A stretch of DNA of 64,000 nucleotides from Malacoraja senta (Eukaryota): NCBI GenBank assembly GCA_038087875.1, contig JAXLNO010003758.1, positions 62,001 to 126,000 of the forward strand, given 5' to 3'. Numbering within the stretch: position 1 is the stretch's first letter; each line of letters starts with the position of its first letter. The notes under the pieces were generated by a model that did no database searches, was not told where the DNA came from, and saw only the letters and a list, made by a program, of their open reading frames with translations. A program made the position numbers and the translations under genes. Shown here piece after piece: positions 24,493 to 37,025 of the stretch.

Positions 24493-26911
24493 CAGGGCTC
24501 GAAATTAGCAGTTGCCCGGGTGCCATTGATCACTCAAAGCGCCGACGGGCAACCTAAACATAGAGTCATTTTGCCCGGCTTGGCAACCAGATACTGGTTT
24601 GTACCGAAGATAGACACAAAAAACTGAAGTAACTCCGCGGGTCAGGCAGCATCTCTGGAGAAATGGAACGCGACGTTTCGTGTCAGCGGCGGCTGTGCGG
24701 GGCAAATATACTAGGTGCGGGGTGAGGAAGGGTCGGAGCGAATGACGGGCCCCGAACAGCGGCAGCAGCGGCCGCGACAGCGGCTCCATCTCCTCCTCCT
24801 CCCGCCCCCCGCCCGTCCTGATAAGGGCCTCTGCTTGTAAATCAGAGGCCCTTATCAGGGGGGCGGGGGCGGGAGGAGGAGGAGGAGTAGATGGAGCCGC
24901 TGCTGCTGCCGCTGTGCGGGGCCCGTCATTCGCTCCGACACGTCTGAAGCAGCTGCACCAAAGATCTTATAGCTATAGGATCTCTGAGCTGCATCGCCCA
25001 GCCCCGCACCTTGCTGTTGGCTGGCGGAGGAGGGAGGCGGTGGCGAGGAGTTCCCAACGGCCAAGGCAGCGGGGTGATGTTGTCCAAGGAGCGCTGACCT
25101 TCCTTCCTCCCCACCTCGCCCCCCCCTCCCTCTCTCTCTCTCCATCTCTCTTGTACGCCCCTCCCCCCCCCCCCCCTATCCTGGGACCCCTCCACTCCAT
25201 CCTGCACTGATCCCCATTCCCGCCTCTATTCAGCTCTCACTGACATCCACTGTGCTCCCCTCCCCATCTACCCCGCCCATCTATTCATCCTGCGCTGATC
25301 ACCCTATCCACCTCGCATTGATTCTCCTGCCACCCCCCCCATCCATCCTACATTGGTTCCCCAATTCATCCTGTACTTACCCCTTTCCCGTCCATCCTGT
25401 ACTTCTCCTCCATCCATCCTGCACTGATCCCCATCCATCCTGTACTAATCCACGCATTCATCCCGTACTGACCCACCCTCCATTTACCCTGCACCTTCCC
25501 CTCTTCCCCTCATTCATCCTGTAGTGATCCCCCATTCATCTTGCACAGACCCTCCAATCCACACTGTACTGACCCACCCATTCATCCTGCGCTGTTCTCC
25601 CCCCCATCCATCCTGTACTGATCCTCCCATTCAAGAAGAATGGGGGGAACAGTCTGAAGAAGGGTCTCGACCCGAAATGTTGCCTATTTCCTTCGCTCCA
25701 TAGATGCTGCCTCACCCACTGAGTTTCTCCAGCACTTTTGTCTACCCCCATCCAACCCGTACTGAACCCCCCCATTCAACACCACTGACATCCCTGGTTC
25801 TCCCTCACAATTTTACCTACTCCAACCAACACGTACTAATTCACCTGCCTCAATCCATCCATTCTGCACCAACTGCCTTCTAACCCCCCCCCCCCCCCCC
25901 CCATCCCAGCCATCTATCCACCCCGCACTGATTCACACACACACCCCTCCCTGACCCTATTGTGCTGGAAATGTCTTCAGAGCGAACATTGACTATGTTT
26001 GATAACGGAATGCAATCAAATGTGTTTTAATTCCCAGTGTTATTATTTGTTTTAATCCATAAAGATGGATTAATTAAATTGTGAACACGTGAAACATTAA
26101 AACCACAGTGTTCGATTGTCACTGCTGCCGTTGACACGTTATTACAGAATTCATTTTAACGGCAAATTAATGCTCTTAATGTTCGGCACGGACTTGAAGG
26201 GCCGAGATGGCCTGTTTCCGTGCTTATATGGTTATATGGTTATATGGTTAATATGGAGTATCAGTACTGTAGTTATTTAATGAGCAACATTCACAACTAT
26301 ACGCACGCATTTATGTTACCATGGTCCAGGATTTATTGACTCAGGTTGGTCATACGATGAATAATCCAACCACATTTTTGTTTAGAAGTGGAAAGAACTA
26401 ATAGAAATTGCATTAATTGCAATGTGTAAAAAGAGTTGAGATAGAAAGAGTTGTGAAAAAGAGCCTTATAATTTTGCTGCGTGTCATTGTGGGATGTATC
26501 ATGTCTTGATTGGTGAATATGTTTAGTTTGTGACTTTATTTGAAGCAGAAATAATATGTGAATGCTTTATTGAGTATAATTTCGACTGGTAACTATGCAA
26601 TGTGTAAAAAGAGTTGAGATAGAAAGAGTTGTGAAAAAGAGCCTTATAATTTTGCTGCGTGTCATTGTGGGATGTATCATGTCTTGATTGGTGAGTATGT
26701 TTAGTTTGTGACTTTATTTGAAGCAGAAATAATATGTGAATGCTTCATTGAGTATAATTCCAACTGGTAACTATGCACTTCGTCCGAGCACATTATCGCA
26801 CGCGTCATACAAGCCGTCTTAAATGACCACCTAAACTGTCATTTGGCAACCTATAAAGCTGCCAAGGTTGCCCGGCTGGCAACAGGGGGAAAAAGTTAAG
26901 CGAGAGCCCTG
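24493..26911. mobile_element. Non-autonomous hAT-like transposon, CAGGGCTC termini, 5-bp TSD (copy 1)
   Basis: CAGGGCTC...GAGCCCTG, subterminal TTGCC/GGCAAC repeats, TSD ACATA/ATATA; homologous to 60441-63310. Confidence 0.85.
26418..26773. repeat. 178-bp tandem duplication inside hAT-like copy 1
   Basis: TGCAATGTGTAAAAAGAG... recurs at 26418 and 26596. Confidence 0.9.
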
Positions 26912-27316
26912 ATATATGTCTCCTATTTGTGATAAATGTCAGCATTTAGAGGCTAACTTAACTCATACCTTTGTAAACTGTATAAAAATCAAAAATTTCT
27001 GGACAGATATTTTTAGAATAATTTCTGAAGTTGCCAATACCCAATTGGATCCCGACTCAAAACTAATAATATTAGGAATATCGGAACAAAGCCTAAGACT
27101 TACAACAAGCCAAAGAAACTTTCTTGATTATAGTATAATAACTGGGTAAAATTAATATTAAAATTTTGGAAAGGTCCTTTAACCCCCAAAATTAAAATGT
27201 GGATTATGGAAATGTCGGAGACCTTACATTTGGGAACAACTAGCCTTGTCTTAATTGACAAACAAGAATTAATTGTTCGAATATGGTCTCCATTTATTGA
27301 ATTTTTGAAAGTGTAA
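26912..27316 (+). pseudogene. Host L1 ORF2 C-terminus (CCHC) to stop
   Basis: SPICDKCQHLEANLTHTFVNC ... WSPFIEFLKV*. Confidence 0.88.
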
Positions 27317-27422
27317 ATTGGTCCAGCAAGGGAATCTGACTGAAGCTCGAACTATATAACAATTACAGCACGGAAACAGGCCATCTCGACCCTTCTAGTC
27401 CGTGCCGAACACGTATTCTCCC

Positions 27423-30359
27423 CTAGTCCCATATACCTGCGCTCAGACCATAACCCTCCATTCCTTTCCCGTCCATATAACTATCCAATTTATTTTTAAA
27501 TGATAAAAACGAACCTGCCTCCACCACCTTCACTGGAAGCTCATTCCACACAGCCACCACTCTCTGAGTAAATAAGTTCCCCCTCATGTTGCCCCTAAAC
27601 TTCTGTCCCTTAATTCTCAAGTCATGTCCCCTTGTTTGAATCTTCCCTACTCTCAGTGGGAAAAGCTTATCCACGTCAACTCTGTCTATCCCTCTCATCA
27701 TTTTAAAGACCTCTATCAAGTCCCCCCTTAACCTTCTGCGCTCCAAAGAATAAAGCCCTAACTTGTTCAACCTTTCTCTGTAACTTAGTTGCTGAAACCC
27801 AGGCAACATTCAAGTAAATCTCCTCTGTACTCTCTCTATTTTGTTGACATCCTTCCTATAATTAGGCGACCAAAATTGTACACCATACTCCAGAATTGGC
27901 CTCACCAATGCCTTGTACAATTTTAACATTACATCCCAACTTCTATACTCAATGCTCTGATTTATAAAAGCCAGCACACTAAAAGCTTTCTTTACCACCC
28001 TATCTACATGAGATTCCACTTTCAGGGAACTGTGCACAGTTATTCCAAGATCCCTCTGTTCACCTGCATTCTTCAATTCCCTCCCATTTACCATGTACGT
28101 CCTATTTTGATTTGTCCTGCCAAGATGTAGCACCTCACACTTATCAGCATTAAACTCCATCTGCCATCTTTCAGCCCACTCTTCCAACCGGCATAAATCT
28201 CTCTGTAGACTTTGAAAATCTACTTCATTATCCACAGCCCCACCTATCTTAGTATCATCTGCATACTTACTAATCCAATTTACCACACCATCATCCAGAT
28301 CATTGATGTACATGACAAACAACAGTGGACCCAACACAGATCCCTGTGGCACCCCACTAGTCACTGGCCTCCAACCTGACAAACAACCATCCACCATTAC
28401 TCTCTGGCATCTCCCATTCAGCCACTGTTGAATCCATCTTGCTACTCCACCATTAATACCCAACCATTGAACCTTCTTAACCAACCTTCCGTGAGGAACC
28501 TTGTCAAAGGCCTTACTGAAGTCCATATATAAAACATCCACGGCTTTACCCTCATCAATTTCCCGAGTAACCTCTTCAAAAAATTCAAGAAGATTAGTCA
28601 AACATGACCTTCCAGGCACAAATCCATGTTGACTGTTCCTAATCAGCCCCTGTTTATCCAGATGCTTATATATATTATCTCTAAGTATCCTTTCCATTAA
28701 TTTGCCCACCACTGACGTCAAACTAACAGGTCTATAATTGCTAGGTTTACTCTTAGACCCCTTTTTAAACAATGGAATAACATGCGCAGTACGCCAATCC
28801 TCCGGCACTATTGCCGTTTCCAATGACATTTGAAATATTTCTGTCATAGCCCCTGCTATTTCTACACTAACTTCCCTCAATGTCCTAGGGAATATCCTGT
28901 CCGGACCTGGAGACTTATCCACTTTTATATTTCTCAAAAGTGTCAGTACTTCCTCTTCTTTCAATCTCATAGCTACTCTACTTGTTTCCCTTACCTCACA
29001 TAATTCAATATCCTTCTCCTTGGTGAATACCAAAGAAAAGAAATTGTTCAATATCTCCCCCATCTCTTTTGGCTCTGCAGATAGCTGTCCACTCTGACTC
29101 TCTAATGGACCAATTTTATCCCTCGTTATCCTTTTGCTATTAATATAGCTGTAGAAACCCTTTGGATTTACTTTCACCTTACTTGCCAAAGCAACCTCAT
29201 ATCTTCTTTTAGCTTTTCTAATTTCTTTCTTAAGACACTTTTTACATTTTTTATACTCCTCAAGCACCTCATTTACTCCATGCTGCCTATAATTATTGTA
29301 GATCTCTCTCTTTTTCCGAACTAAGTGTCCAATTTCCCTTGAAAACCATGGCTCTTTCCAATTTTTACTATTTCCTTTCAACCGAACAGGGACATAATGA
29401 TTCTGTACTCTTAAAATTTCACCTTTAAATGTCCTCCATTTCTCTTCCACATCTTTCCCATAAAACAAACTGTCCCAATTTACTCCTTTTAAATCCTTTC
29501 GCATCTCCTCAAAGTTAGCCTTTCTCCAATCAAAAATCTCAACCCTAGGTCCAGTTCTGACCCTCTCCATAATTATATTGAAACTAATGGTATTGTGATC
29601 ACTGGTCCCGAACTGTTCCCCAACGCATACCTCTGCCACCTGACCCGTCTCATTTCCTAACAGGAGGTCCAGCACCGCCCCTTCTCTAGTAGGTACTTCT
29701 ATGTATTGCTGCAAAAAACTATCCTGCACACATTTTACAAACTCCAACCCATCCAGCCCATTTACAGAATGTGTTTCCCAGTCTATGTGTGGAAAATTGA
29801 AATCTCCCACAATCACTACCTTGTGCTTACTACTAATATCTGCAATCTCCTTACATATTTGCTCCTCCAATTCTCGCTCCCCATTTTGTGGTCTATAATA
29901 CACCCCTATGAGTGTTGCTACCCCTTTCCCATTTCTCAGTTCCACCCAAATAGCCTCCCTAGAAGAGCCCTCTAATCTATCCTGCCAAAGCACTGCTGTA
30001 ATATCTTCCCTGATAAGCAATGCAACACCTCCACCTCTTGCCCCTCCAATTCTATCACACCTGCAGCAACGAAATCCTGGAATATTTAGTTTCCAATCAC
30101 AGCCCTCCTGCAACCATGTTTCACTGATCGCCACAACATCATACTTCCAGGTGTCAATCCAGGCTTTAAGTTCATCCACCTTTCTTACAATGCTCCTAGC
30201 ATTAAAATATACACATTTAAGAAACCCACCCTCTCTTATTCTCTGTTTATTGTCTTTTTCTTCTCTCTCCCCTACATTTTGGGTCAGAGTGCTTCCATTC
30301 TCTGCCTCCTGCCTCACACACTGACTGCTAGCTTTCCCAATTTGAGTCCCTCCCCCCAA
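27423..30359 (-). pseudogene. CR1-A ORF2 (EN+RT), open except for one in-frame stop at 27810-27812
   Basis: 849-aa and 128-aa ORFs in the same frame (RRFT*MLPGF; AGA>TGA). Confidence 0.95.
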
Positions 30360-30364
30360 CCATA

Positions 30365-31400
30365 CTAGTTTAAAGTCTCCCCAGTAGCCTTTGCAAATCT
30401 ACCCGCCAGGATATTGGTCCCCCTCGAGTTCAAGTGCAACCCATCCTTTCTGTACAGGTCGCACCTTCCCCAAAAGAGGTCCCAATGATCCAGAAACTTG
30501 AATCCATACCCACTGCACCAGTCCCTCATCCACTCATTTATCCCCCACCTCGCTCCATTCCTACTCTCACTGTCGCGTGGCACAGGCAGTAATCCTGAGA
30601 TTGTTACCTTTGCAGTCCTTCTCCTTAACTCTCTACCTAACTCCCTAAATTCTTCTTTCAGCCATGATCATATTGAATGGCGGTGCAGGCTCGAAGGGCC
30701 GAATGGCCTACTCCTGCACCTATTTTCTATGTATCTATGTATCTATGTAGGACCTCTTCTCTTTTTTTACCTATGTCGTTGGTACCTATATGTACCACAA
30801 CCTCAGGCTCCTCTCCCTCCCATTTCAGGATTTCTTCGACACGTTCAGACACATCCCTGACTCTGGCACCAGGGAGGCAAACTACCATCCGGGTCTCTTG
30901 TCTGCGTCCACAGAAACGCCTATCCGACCCCCTGACTATAGAGTCCCCTATTACAATTGCCCTCCTCTTCTTTTCCTTACACTTCTGAGCAACAGGACCG
31001 GTCTTTGTGCCAGAGGCCCGGCCGCTGTCGCTGCCCACAGGTAGGCCATCTCCACCACCATTACTCAAACGTGAGTACTTATTTTCAAGGTGTACAGCCA
31101 CTGGGGTACTCATCAGTCCCTGCCTCTGCCCATTGCCCTTCCTAACTGTGACCCAGTTTTCTGTCTCCCGTGGTCTTGGAGTGACCACCTCCCTGTAACT
31201 CCTTTCTATGACCTCCTCGCTCTCCCTGAGCAGACAGAGGTCATCGAGTTGCTGCTCCAGGTTCCTAACACGGTCCCTTAGGAGCCCCATCTCGGCGCAG
31301 ATGTGGACGTCTGGAGGGCTTTCAGACTCCATGACTTCCCACATCTGACATCCAGAACAGTAAACTGCCCTGGCCCTCATAATCCCCTTACCTGGGATAC
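30365..31400 (-). pseudogene. CR1-A ORF1 (zinc finger plus SGNH esterase), split by a CR1-B 3' tail at about 30660-30749
   Basis: RAVYCSGCQMWE, GDSIVRG, HIGTND, DGLHLN. Confidence 0.9.
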
Positions 31401-31511
31401 AAGCCAATCAGCTGCTTCCTCTAGTCCGTTCGACCAATCAGAGGCTTCCCCCACACTCCTTCTCTGGAACGTGGCAGCTGCAGATGGAACGTTGCAGATT
31501 TGGGTTCCAAC

Positions 31512-31826
31512 GGCTCCAGGTAACTCCTCCTCGCTCCAACGGCTCCCCGGGCCTCTGTAGAAGCAAGCCCCGCGCTGTTTTTCTACTCACAGCTCCAGGT
31601 AACTCCTCCTCGCTCCAACGGCTCCCCGGGCCTCTGTAGAAGCAAGCCCCGCGCTGTGTTTCTACTCACAGCTCCAGGTAACTCCTCCTCGCTCCAACGG
31701 CTCCCCGGGCCTCTGTAGAAGCAAGCCCCGTGCTGTTTTTCTACTCACAGCTCCAGGTAACTCCTCCTCGCTCCAACGGCTCGCCGGGCCTCTGTAGAAG
31801 CAAGCCCCGCGCTGTTTTTCTACTCA
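31512..31826 (-). repeat. 4 x 79-bp GC-rich tandem repeat in the CR1-A 5' UTR
   Basis: Unit starts at 31512, 31591, 31670 and 31749. Confidence 0.92.
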
Positions 31827-31910
31827 AAAGAAGGGTCTCGACCCGAAATGTCACCTGTTCCTTCGCTCCATATATGCTGCTTCACCTGCTGAGTTTTCCC
31901 AGCATTTTTG
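31827..31910 (+). repeat. Penelope pLTR-derived repeat, 8-bp TSD
   Basis: TSD TCTACTCA at 31819-31826 and 31911-31918. Confidence 0.8.
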
Positions 31911-31918
31911 TCTACTCA

Positions 31919-32203
31919 GGATTAGATAAATAGTTATGCTTTATAACTTACGGACCTATCTCCAAAGTTGTATGGACTCCAAAGGTAAATGACTCCATTC
32001 TTATTTATCATGCCTTTTTTTTTCTCACTTAATATCTATAAAAAAACAACTAAATAGAAGCAGAGTTAATATACAACTGATAAAGGAGGACCACTATTAT
32101 TTTGATAGCTGGATTCCCATCTATTAGCAATGTATGATTGATAGAAATGTTTGTATTTTGATATGCACATGCTTCTAATAAAAATATTATATATAAAAAA
32201 AAG
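31919..32203 (+). mobile_element. Probable 3' UTR and poly(A) of the host L1
   Basis: AT-rich, AATAAA at 32177-32182 then an A-run; position follows the ORF2 stop once insertions are removed. Confidence 0.6.
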
Positions 32204-32531
32204 AGTATTGTTTAAGAAAGAACTGAAAAAATGCTAGAAAAATCTAAGGTAGACAAAAATGCTGGAAAAGCTCAGCACGTGAGGCAGCATCTATGGAGCG
32301 AAGGAGTAGGTGACGTTTTGCGTCGAGACCCTTCTTCAGTCTAAAGAAGGGTCTCGACCCGAAATGTAAAAGCATTGCAAACGTGATGTTAAAACTCTCT
32401 CTAAATGATTTTACATTTACTGATTATGCCGGGTTCTATCTAGTGCCCCTTGACCAAAATATTTAGAAAAAAACATAATTTTGCCTCTTGTTGACATAGC
32501 TTGCATCGTACTAATCATGATTTTTTATTTA

Positions 32532-33186
32532 GAGCTCAAAATTCCAACCCGTGATCTGGGAATTTCAATTTTATTAATAAATGCATTCTGACGTAAAACG
32601 CTTCCGTTGGTGGTGACGCATGTCGATAGTTCACTGCTGCACTTCACGGAAGGGAATGTGTCATATCTGTTCTGGCCAGTACGCAACTACATACCTGTAG
32701 CAAAATGGCTCCAGACTAGTGTCAGTTTAGTTTGACTGTGCTCCAGTGAAGACTTTGAGGCGTTTCAGTAATTGATAGAAACTATCTGAAATAAATTAGT
32801 GGCTGACTCTCCAGCGACAGCAGAGCAAATCATAAATGGTTAGAAGTATCAAGGTCCCCCTCCTGCTGCAGATTGGGATGAAATTCTGCATTAGATGTAT
32901 TTTCCCGTTTCACTTCAGAATCATTGGGGGAGGAAGAGATTGATTCATTCATTCATTGCCACTGACTGACCTGCACTGCCACTTGTCTTCTGAAGCAGCA
33001 TCATGAGTCTAGTTCCACTCAGCTCACTCTCGTGTGCGCACTGTTTACACACTCAGTCACTTGGGCCACATGAGCTGATTTTGCTTTCAAACACTTATTG
33101 TGGAGGGTGATAATGTTTGTGTCAGAATTGAAACTATCAGCGCCCGGAGATCAAAGTCTTCAACTGCGTAGAAAGCAGAGTCATAA
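32532..33186 (+). repeat. ~655-bp segment present as an inverted copy at 41066-41721
   Basis: Reverse-complement match along the whole length, about 95% by eye. Confidence 0.92.
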
Positions 33187-33309
33187 GAAGGGTCTCAACC
33201 CGAAACGTCGCCTATTCCTTCGCTCCATAGATGCTGCCTCACCTGCTGAGCTTCTCCAGCATTTTTGTCTACCTTCGATTTTGCAGCATCTGCAGTTCCT
33301 TCTTAAACA
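33187..33309 (+). repeat. Penelope pLTR-derived repeat (long variant)
   Basis: GAAGGGTCTCAACCCGAAACGTC..; flanks AGAGTCATAA / AGAATCATAA. Confidence 0.8.
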
Positions 33310-33967
33310 AGAATCATAAACACTGTGTATATCTGACAGGAGACATAACATTTGTCAATGTAAGATGTTGTCTATTTCACAGCCCCTCCTTCTTTAAGCA
33401 AAATGGCAACCAAATTCCTTTAAAAAATAGTTATGTGCATGGTATTAGTGTGGATGACAGTTGCTGCAGTGTCATCAGAAATTTGTAAGCCTAGTTTAAC
33501 AGTGTACATTGTTCTTGCTTTGTGAATCTTGTTTTAATCAGCAATGTGATATTGTTAAACATGCGTGTTTGCAAGATGCTCAATCCCATCCCATATCAGT
33601 GACAGTCGTGTACTTCCACAATCGCGGTGTCGGGGGGAAATCACCTCATACGAAACCTGGCAGAATATGGATGCTCTCCATGCTGTAAAATATTGGTATC
33701 TTCCACAAGAGACATTTTGTATTGCTCATCCTTGGATGATTATAACCAAACACGTCCATTCCTTGCAACATTCCTTGCATTCTCTGAATTTCTCCTTTGG
33801 ACTGAGGTCTGGGTTAATAAATCTGTGGTGGTGGGTTAATAAATCTGTGGCAATTTGTGCTAACCACGGTTTTCACCCAAACACAGTATAGGACAGGAGA
33901 CCGGTTAGAGCCCTGGATCTTGCCTCACCAGTTTGCCTTTATTAGAGGGTCACCCCACTTTGACTTC

Positions 33968-34062
33968 GAACTGACTGGGTTCGAGCAGGTCATCCGCATA
34001 CAATGAGACTTTATGAGTTGTGTCAAACCGTGTAATACCTTTAAAGCCCTTCTCTGCGCGTA
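33968..34062 (-). repeat. 95-bp copy of L1 RT segment 10697-10791, fused to a CR1-A 3' tail (34063-34225)
   Basis: 94/95 identical to 10697-10791. Confidence 0.92.
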
Positions 34063-34225
34063 GATTGGATGGGGATATGGACGGGAAAGGAATGGAGGGT
34101 TATGGTCTGAGTGCAGGTACTGTAGATGGGACTAGGGGGAAGACAGAAGGAAAAAAAAATGTTCGGCACGGACTTGAAGGGCCGAGATGGCCTGTTTCCG
34201 TGCTGTAATGGTTATATGGTTATAA

Positions 34226-34900
34226 TGCCGTCAGATGTTGGAAAGAACACATTATAGTGGCGCCTACTGGCGCACACAGGTATCGAACCCGGCGTTCGGA
34301 AGCCGCGGTCACGTGACTCGGGAGGGGCTGCTTGTTTTCGCGCGGTTTTGCTCTCGCGCGCTAGTTCAGCACTGACCACCGATGTGGCCAGACATGTCCA
34401 GAGAACCTGTTTACTGAAAAGTTAATTTTGTTCAGTTGTCGTTCTTGTAACCGCCAAATTGGTAACCCCGACCTGTCTACCCGTCGTTAGACAAGAGAAT
34501 TATGCAGGAAGACAACGTTCCCGCAGAATCAGGGCTCACCGTCTTTCAAATTGCCAGCGTTTTGGCCTGACCAACCTCAGGTGTGGTTCGCCCACGTTGA
34601 GGGACAGTTTCACCTCCATCGCATCGTAGCGGACGACACAATGTATTTCCATGTGGTGGGGGCTTCGCCGCAGGACTGTGCCTCGAGGTTGTTGCCCTAC
34701 ATCAGGGACCCGCCGTCCATCGCCAAATACGAAGGGCTGACGGCCCTGCTGCTCCACGCTTATGGTCTCAGCCACAGAGACAGGGCAGCGAAGCTGCTGC
34801 ACATGGACAGTGTCGGTGACCGGCGGCCATCCACCATCATGGCGAAGATGTTAGCCCTGATGGACGGGCACCGCCCATGTCTGCTTTTCTGGAGCAGATG
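34226..34900 (+). mobile_element. Gypsy-type LTR retrotransposon: 5' LTR, tRNA-Trp-like PBS, gag N-terminus
   Basis: TGGTAACCCCGAC at 34460-34472 (Trp PBS TGGTGACCCCGAC with 1 mismatch); KLPAFWPDQPQVWFAHVEGQF...GDRRPS. Confidence 0.85.
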
Positions 34901-36345
34901 CCAGAGGATTGGGAAACTTTCATAGGACAACAGAAGGAAACAAAACGGGCAATACGGGCTGAAAAGATGAAGTACGAAGGGAAGCTGGCCAGGAATGTAA
35001 AGAAGGACAGTAAAAGCTTCTTTAAATATGTTAAGGGAAAAAGAGTTGCAAAGTCAAATGTGGGTCCCTTGAAGGCAGACACAGGTGAAATTATTATGGG
35101 CAACAAGGAAATGGCAGAAGAGTTGAATAGGTACTTCGGATCTGTCTTCACTAAGGAAGAGACAAACAATCTCCCAGATGTACTGAAGGACAGAGAATCT
35201 AAGGGGGTAGAGGAACTGAAAGAAATTTTCATTAGGCGAGAAATAGTATTGGGTAGGCTAATGGGACTGAAGGATGATAAATCCCCTGGGCCTGATGGTC
35301 TGCATCCCAGGGTCCTCAGGGAGGTGGCTCTAGAAATAGTGGATGCATTGGTGATCATTTTCCAATGTTTAATAGATTCAGGATCAGTTGCTGTGGATTG
35401 GAGGATAGCTAATGTTATCCCACTTTTCAAGAAAGGAGTGAGAGAGAAAACGGGGAATTACAGACCAATTAGCCTGACTTCGGTGGTGACATTTGGATAG
35501 CAGTAAAAGGATTAGTCCAAGTAAACAAGGATTTATGAAAGGGAAATCATGCTTGACTAATCTTCTGGAGTTTTTTGAGGATGTGACAAGTAAAATGGAT
35601 GAAGGGGTGCCAGTGGATGTAGTGTATCTAGACTTTCAGAAAGCCTTTAATAAGGTCCCGCACGAGAGACTGGTGACTCAAATTAGAGCACATGGTGTTG
35701 GGGGTAGGGTGTTGACATGGATAGAAAATTAGTTGGCAGACCGGACGCAAAGAGTAGGAGTGAACGGGTCCTTTTCAGATTAGCAGGCAGTGGCGAGTGG
35801 AGTGCCGCAAGGCTCGGTGTTGGGGCCGCAACTGTTTACCATATATATTAATGATTTGGAAGAGGGAATTAGGAGCAACACTAGCGAGTTTGCGGATGAC
35901 ACAAAACTGGGTGGCAGTGTGAACTGTGAAGTGGATATATATGTGTGGATATATATATATGTGTGTATATATATATACACATGGTAAATGGAAGCGAATT
36001 ACATGGTAAATGGTAGCGAATTACATGGTAAAAGGTAGCGTATTGAGGAATGTAGTTGAACATAGGGATCTAGGAATAACTGTGCATAGTTCCCTGAAGG
36101 TGGAATCTCATATAGATAGGGTGGTAAAGAAAGCTTTTGGTGTGCTGACCTTTATAAATCAGAGCATTGAGTATAGAAGTTGGGATGTAATGTTAAAACT
36201 GTACAAGGCATAGGTGAGGCCAATTCTGGAGTATGGTGTACAATTTTGTTCGCCAAATTATAGGAAAGATGTCAACAAAATAGAGAGAGTATAGAGGAGA
36301 TTTACTAGAATGTTGCCTGGGTTTCAGCAACTAAGTTACAGAGAA
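34890..36345 (+). mobile_element. Chimeric CR1 RT fragment (family C joined to family A via a microsatellite and 3 x 22-bp repeat at 35935-36045)
   Basis: [24 protein letters not shown], then family-A sequence matching 27800-28100. Confidence 0.8.
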
Positions 36346-37025
36346 ACATAGAAAATAGGTGCAGGAGTAGGCCATTCGGCCCTTCGAGCCTGCACCACCA
36401 TTCAATATTATCATGGCTCAGTATCCAACTCAGTATCCTGTACCTGCCTTCTCTCCATACCCCCTGATCCCTTTAGCCACAAGGGCCACATCTAACTCCC
36501 TCTTAAATATAGCCTATGAACTGGCCTCAACTACCTTCTGTGGCAGAGAATTCCACAGATTCACCACTCTGTGTGAAAAATGTTTTCTCATCTCAGTCAC
36601 AAAAGACTTCCCCCTTATCCTTAAACTGTGACCCGTTGTTCTGGACTTCCCCAACATCGGGAACAATCTTCCTGCATCTAGCCTGTCCAACCCCTTAAGA
36701 ATTTTGTAAGTTTCTATAAGATCCCCCCTCAATCTTCTAAATTCTAGCGAGTACAAGCCGAGTCTATCCAGTCTTTCTTCATATCAAAGTCCTGCCATCC
36801 CAGGAATCAGGCTGGTGAACCTTCTCTGTACTCCCTCTTTGGCAAGAATGTCTTTCCTCAGATTAGGCGACCAAAACTGTACGCAATACTCCAGGTGTGG
36901 TCTCACCAAGACCCTGTACAACTGCAGTAGAACCTCCCTGCTCTTATACTCAAATTATTTTGCTATGAATGCTAACATACCATTTGCTTTCTTCACTGCC
37001 TGCTGCACCTGCATGCCTACTTTCA

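Larger units (their letters stand above)
27351..31826 (-). mobile_element. Near full-length CR1 (family A)
   Basis: 5' tandem repeats, esterase ORF1, ORF2 and a (TTATA..)-type tail. Confidence 0.95.

Noticed and set aside
24505-25775. Cluster of GC-rich short ORFs (also 60619-61483)
   Set aside because: Overlapping low-complexity frames inside the non-autonomous hAT-like element; no transposase motifs.
31512-31826. Regular repeats as a possible CRISPR array
   Set aside because: Head-to-tail 79-bp units with no unique spacers, a eukaryotic context and no cas genes.
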